DNA of 64,000 bases from Lytechinus pictus. Its lineage: Eukaryota. Within the stretch, counting starts at the first letter, position 1; each line of letters begins with the position of its first letter. Of this stretch, positions 62,101 to 64,000 are shown piece by piece. The DNA is taken from contig NC_087251.1 of the NCBI RefSeq assembly GCF_037042905.1, positions 17,858,001 to 17,922,000 of the forward strand, in the 5' to 3' direction. A model generated the notes under the pieces. The model worked only from the letters and a program-made list of their open reading frames with translations. It was not told the DNA's origin and did not search any database. The position numbers were made by a program, and so were the translations under genes.

Positions 62101-63220
62101 CACAACACACATTAGCTTCAGAAGGCTGATCGGTGAAATACATATCGGATGTATAACCGTTAATATTTTCATGAGTACCCAATCACGGCGTTACGCAACC
62201 AATTACTACAGACTAGACAGCCTGCCGCAGCAGACAACCTTAATGTTTGGGAAATGACTATTGTAGGAAACTTTAAGCGTGACTTAGCGCAATTTCGACA
62301 CTCGTCGTAATCAACTATTCCGACAATGAGAAAGAATCATAACGGCATAATGACACACGCACAAAGTGCATCCGGAAATAAATTAGGCCCGCAAAGTGCC
62401 ACTGTAATTTCAAAGGGAAGTGGGTAAAATGGAATATGAGAGGGGGGTCGTATGATGAGGGGAAGCAAAATTTGTACCGCTGATTGGAATAACATTTTTA
62501 TCATCATAATAACCTTTTAATCATCTTCATTATGTAATTGGGGAAGGAATTTTCCTTTGATTCGTAATCGAATGAATTTATTTGCTTTCTGGAACAGTGG
62601 AGGCATACGGAATAATAGTACAAAAAAGTACACATAGTATATACAACTTCTCTTCTTCTTCCGATCATACCGGTGGCAAACGTGTGGAACATCACACATG
62701 TCATTGAATCGCTGATAAATTCATCAATCGCCCTCTTTATCTCCCACACATGGGTAAAGTATGCAACACAATCAGCCTTTCATCTTCGCTATTCAATCAT
62801 CTAGCTTCACATTTATAAGAGTCCTGGCAACCAGTCTGCTATCAGATAGGTGCAATAAGTTCACCCCACATCATGTGTGTGTAATAACCAAGAATATGGA
62901 TATTTCTTAGGCATGTCTTATACCCCCTCCCCCTTCCCTCCTCTTTCTCTTAAGTCTTTTTTCTCAATCTTTTATAGGATTCCATTCTTTTTCACCGCCG
63001 AGCAGGCGATTTATGCCCAGCTTTTATAGTTTGGCCCAAGGGGTGTATTTCTAGCTGGTCGACCTTTGGCTGCACTTCACGCTTGCCAGCCAGACGAGCC
63101 CGCAAACCACCACCGTGTCGAATGATGGGCTCGTTTTCGACTGCATCATTTACAAGGTGCCTTCTAGATTACCACCAGCCAGGAAACGAGTTCACGATGA
63201 GGCGAGATTACCGCGGCATC

Positions 63221-63715
63221 GGGTGACGAAACGGTTGGTGTCACGGGAATCAACCAGAATGGACCATACTTTGTATGGGGGAGGGTGGTGACCAGCGGGT
63301 AGGGGCCAAAGGAATCACACTCATGAACGATATACAAGGGGGGCCGGGGGGTCAGGTGACGAACCGGTTGGTGTCACGGGAATCAACCAGAATGGACCAC
63401 TTTTTTATGGGGGAGGGTGGTGACCAGCGGGTAGGGGCCAAAGGAATCACACTCATGAACGATATACAAGGGGGGCCGGGGGGTCAGGTGACGAACCGGT
63501 TGGTGTCACGGGAATCAACCAGAATGGACCACTTTTTTTATGTGGGAGGGTGGTGACCAGCGGGTAGGGGCCAAGGGAAGCACACTCATGAACGATATAC
63601 AAAGGGGGTCGGGTGACGAATCGGTTGTCACGGGAATAAACCAGAATAATATTTTTTTATGGGGGAGGGGGGGGCAGCGGGTGGGGGGCAAGGGAGACAC
63701 GTGAAGTGATATACA
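63221..63715. repeat. G-rich minisatellite, ~132-bp unit, ~4 copies
   Basis: 'tcacgggaat' at 63241, 63374, 63506 and 63628; the first two units are almost identical. Confidence 0.92.
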
Positions 63716-63819
63716 GGCGAAGCATATCACACTACGAAACCACTTTACGATGAGGTGATATTACCCCTGCGATGGCTGACGATGATTAGTAAGGACAGGA
63801 ATCGACCAGATTTTGCTGA

Positions 63820-63832
63820 TTAATATAATATA

Positions 63833-63864
<32 letters not shown>

Positions 63865-63876
63865 TATATGTATATA
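63820..63876. repeat. (AT)n microsatellite
   Basis: Directly visible. Confidence 0.9.
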
Positions 63877-64000
63877 AATGTGTAAAGTTATACATGTACA
63901 ACAGCTTTGGCAACTCTTTTATTTAAATATTGTAAAGAAATGGATGAAGAGAACAATGGGAGGCGTAGCTTAAATCAAGGTACCCCAGAGCTATCTACCC

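Noticed and set aside
63221..63715. Same 132-bp period as the 1.2-6.0 kb satellite
   Set aside because: No visible sequence similarity between the two units; treated as coincidence.

Overview
AT-rich animal genomic DNA. The repeat families suggest a marine invertebrate, probably a sea urchin or other echinoderm (inference). One protein-coding gene is clearly recognisable: an IRF2BP-family gene, most like IRF2BPL, on the minus strand. Its CDS is uninterrupted (47183-49156) and it has a CpG-rich promoter near 50.0-50.2 kb, a probable 5'UTR intron and a long leader full of upstream ATGs. The rest is non-coding and rich in small non-autonomous elements: Helentron/HINE-like elements, Kolobok-type (TTAA) MITEs, PIF/Harbinger-type (3-bp TSD) MITEs, hAT-like MITEs with 5-bp TSDs, tRNA-derived SINEs and a CR1/L2 fragment, often nested in each other. 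There is also a ~4.9 kb satellite of 132-bp units and a second 132-bp minisatellite. By eye, CpG is depleted from 1 to ~31.8 kb and abundant beyond. Together with several short minus-strand exon candidates, this suggests an unidentified gene with very long introns running leftward from ~32-35 kb. No prokaryotic system or CRISPR array is present. Nothing here establishes a new biological system; the leads are hypotheses. Repeat-family assignments are from recalled structural hallmarks, not database searches.
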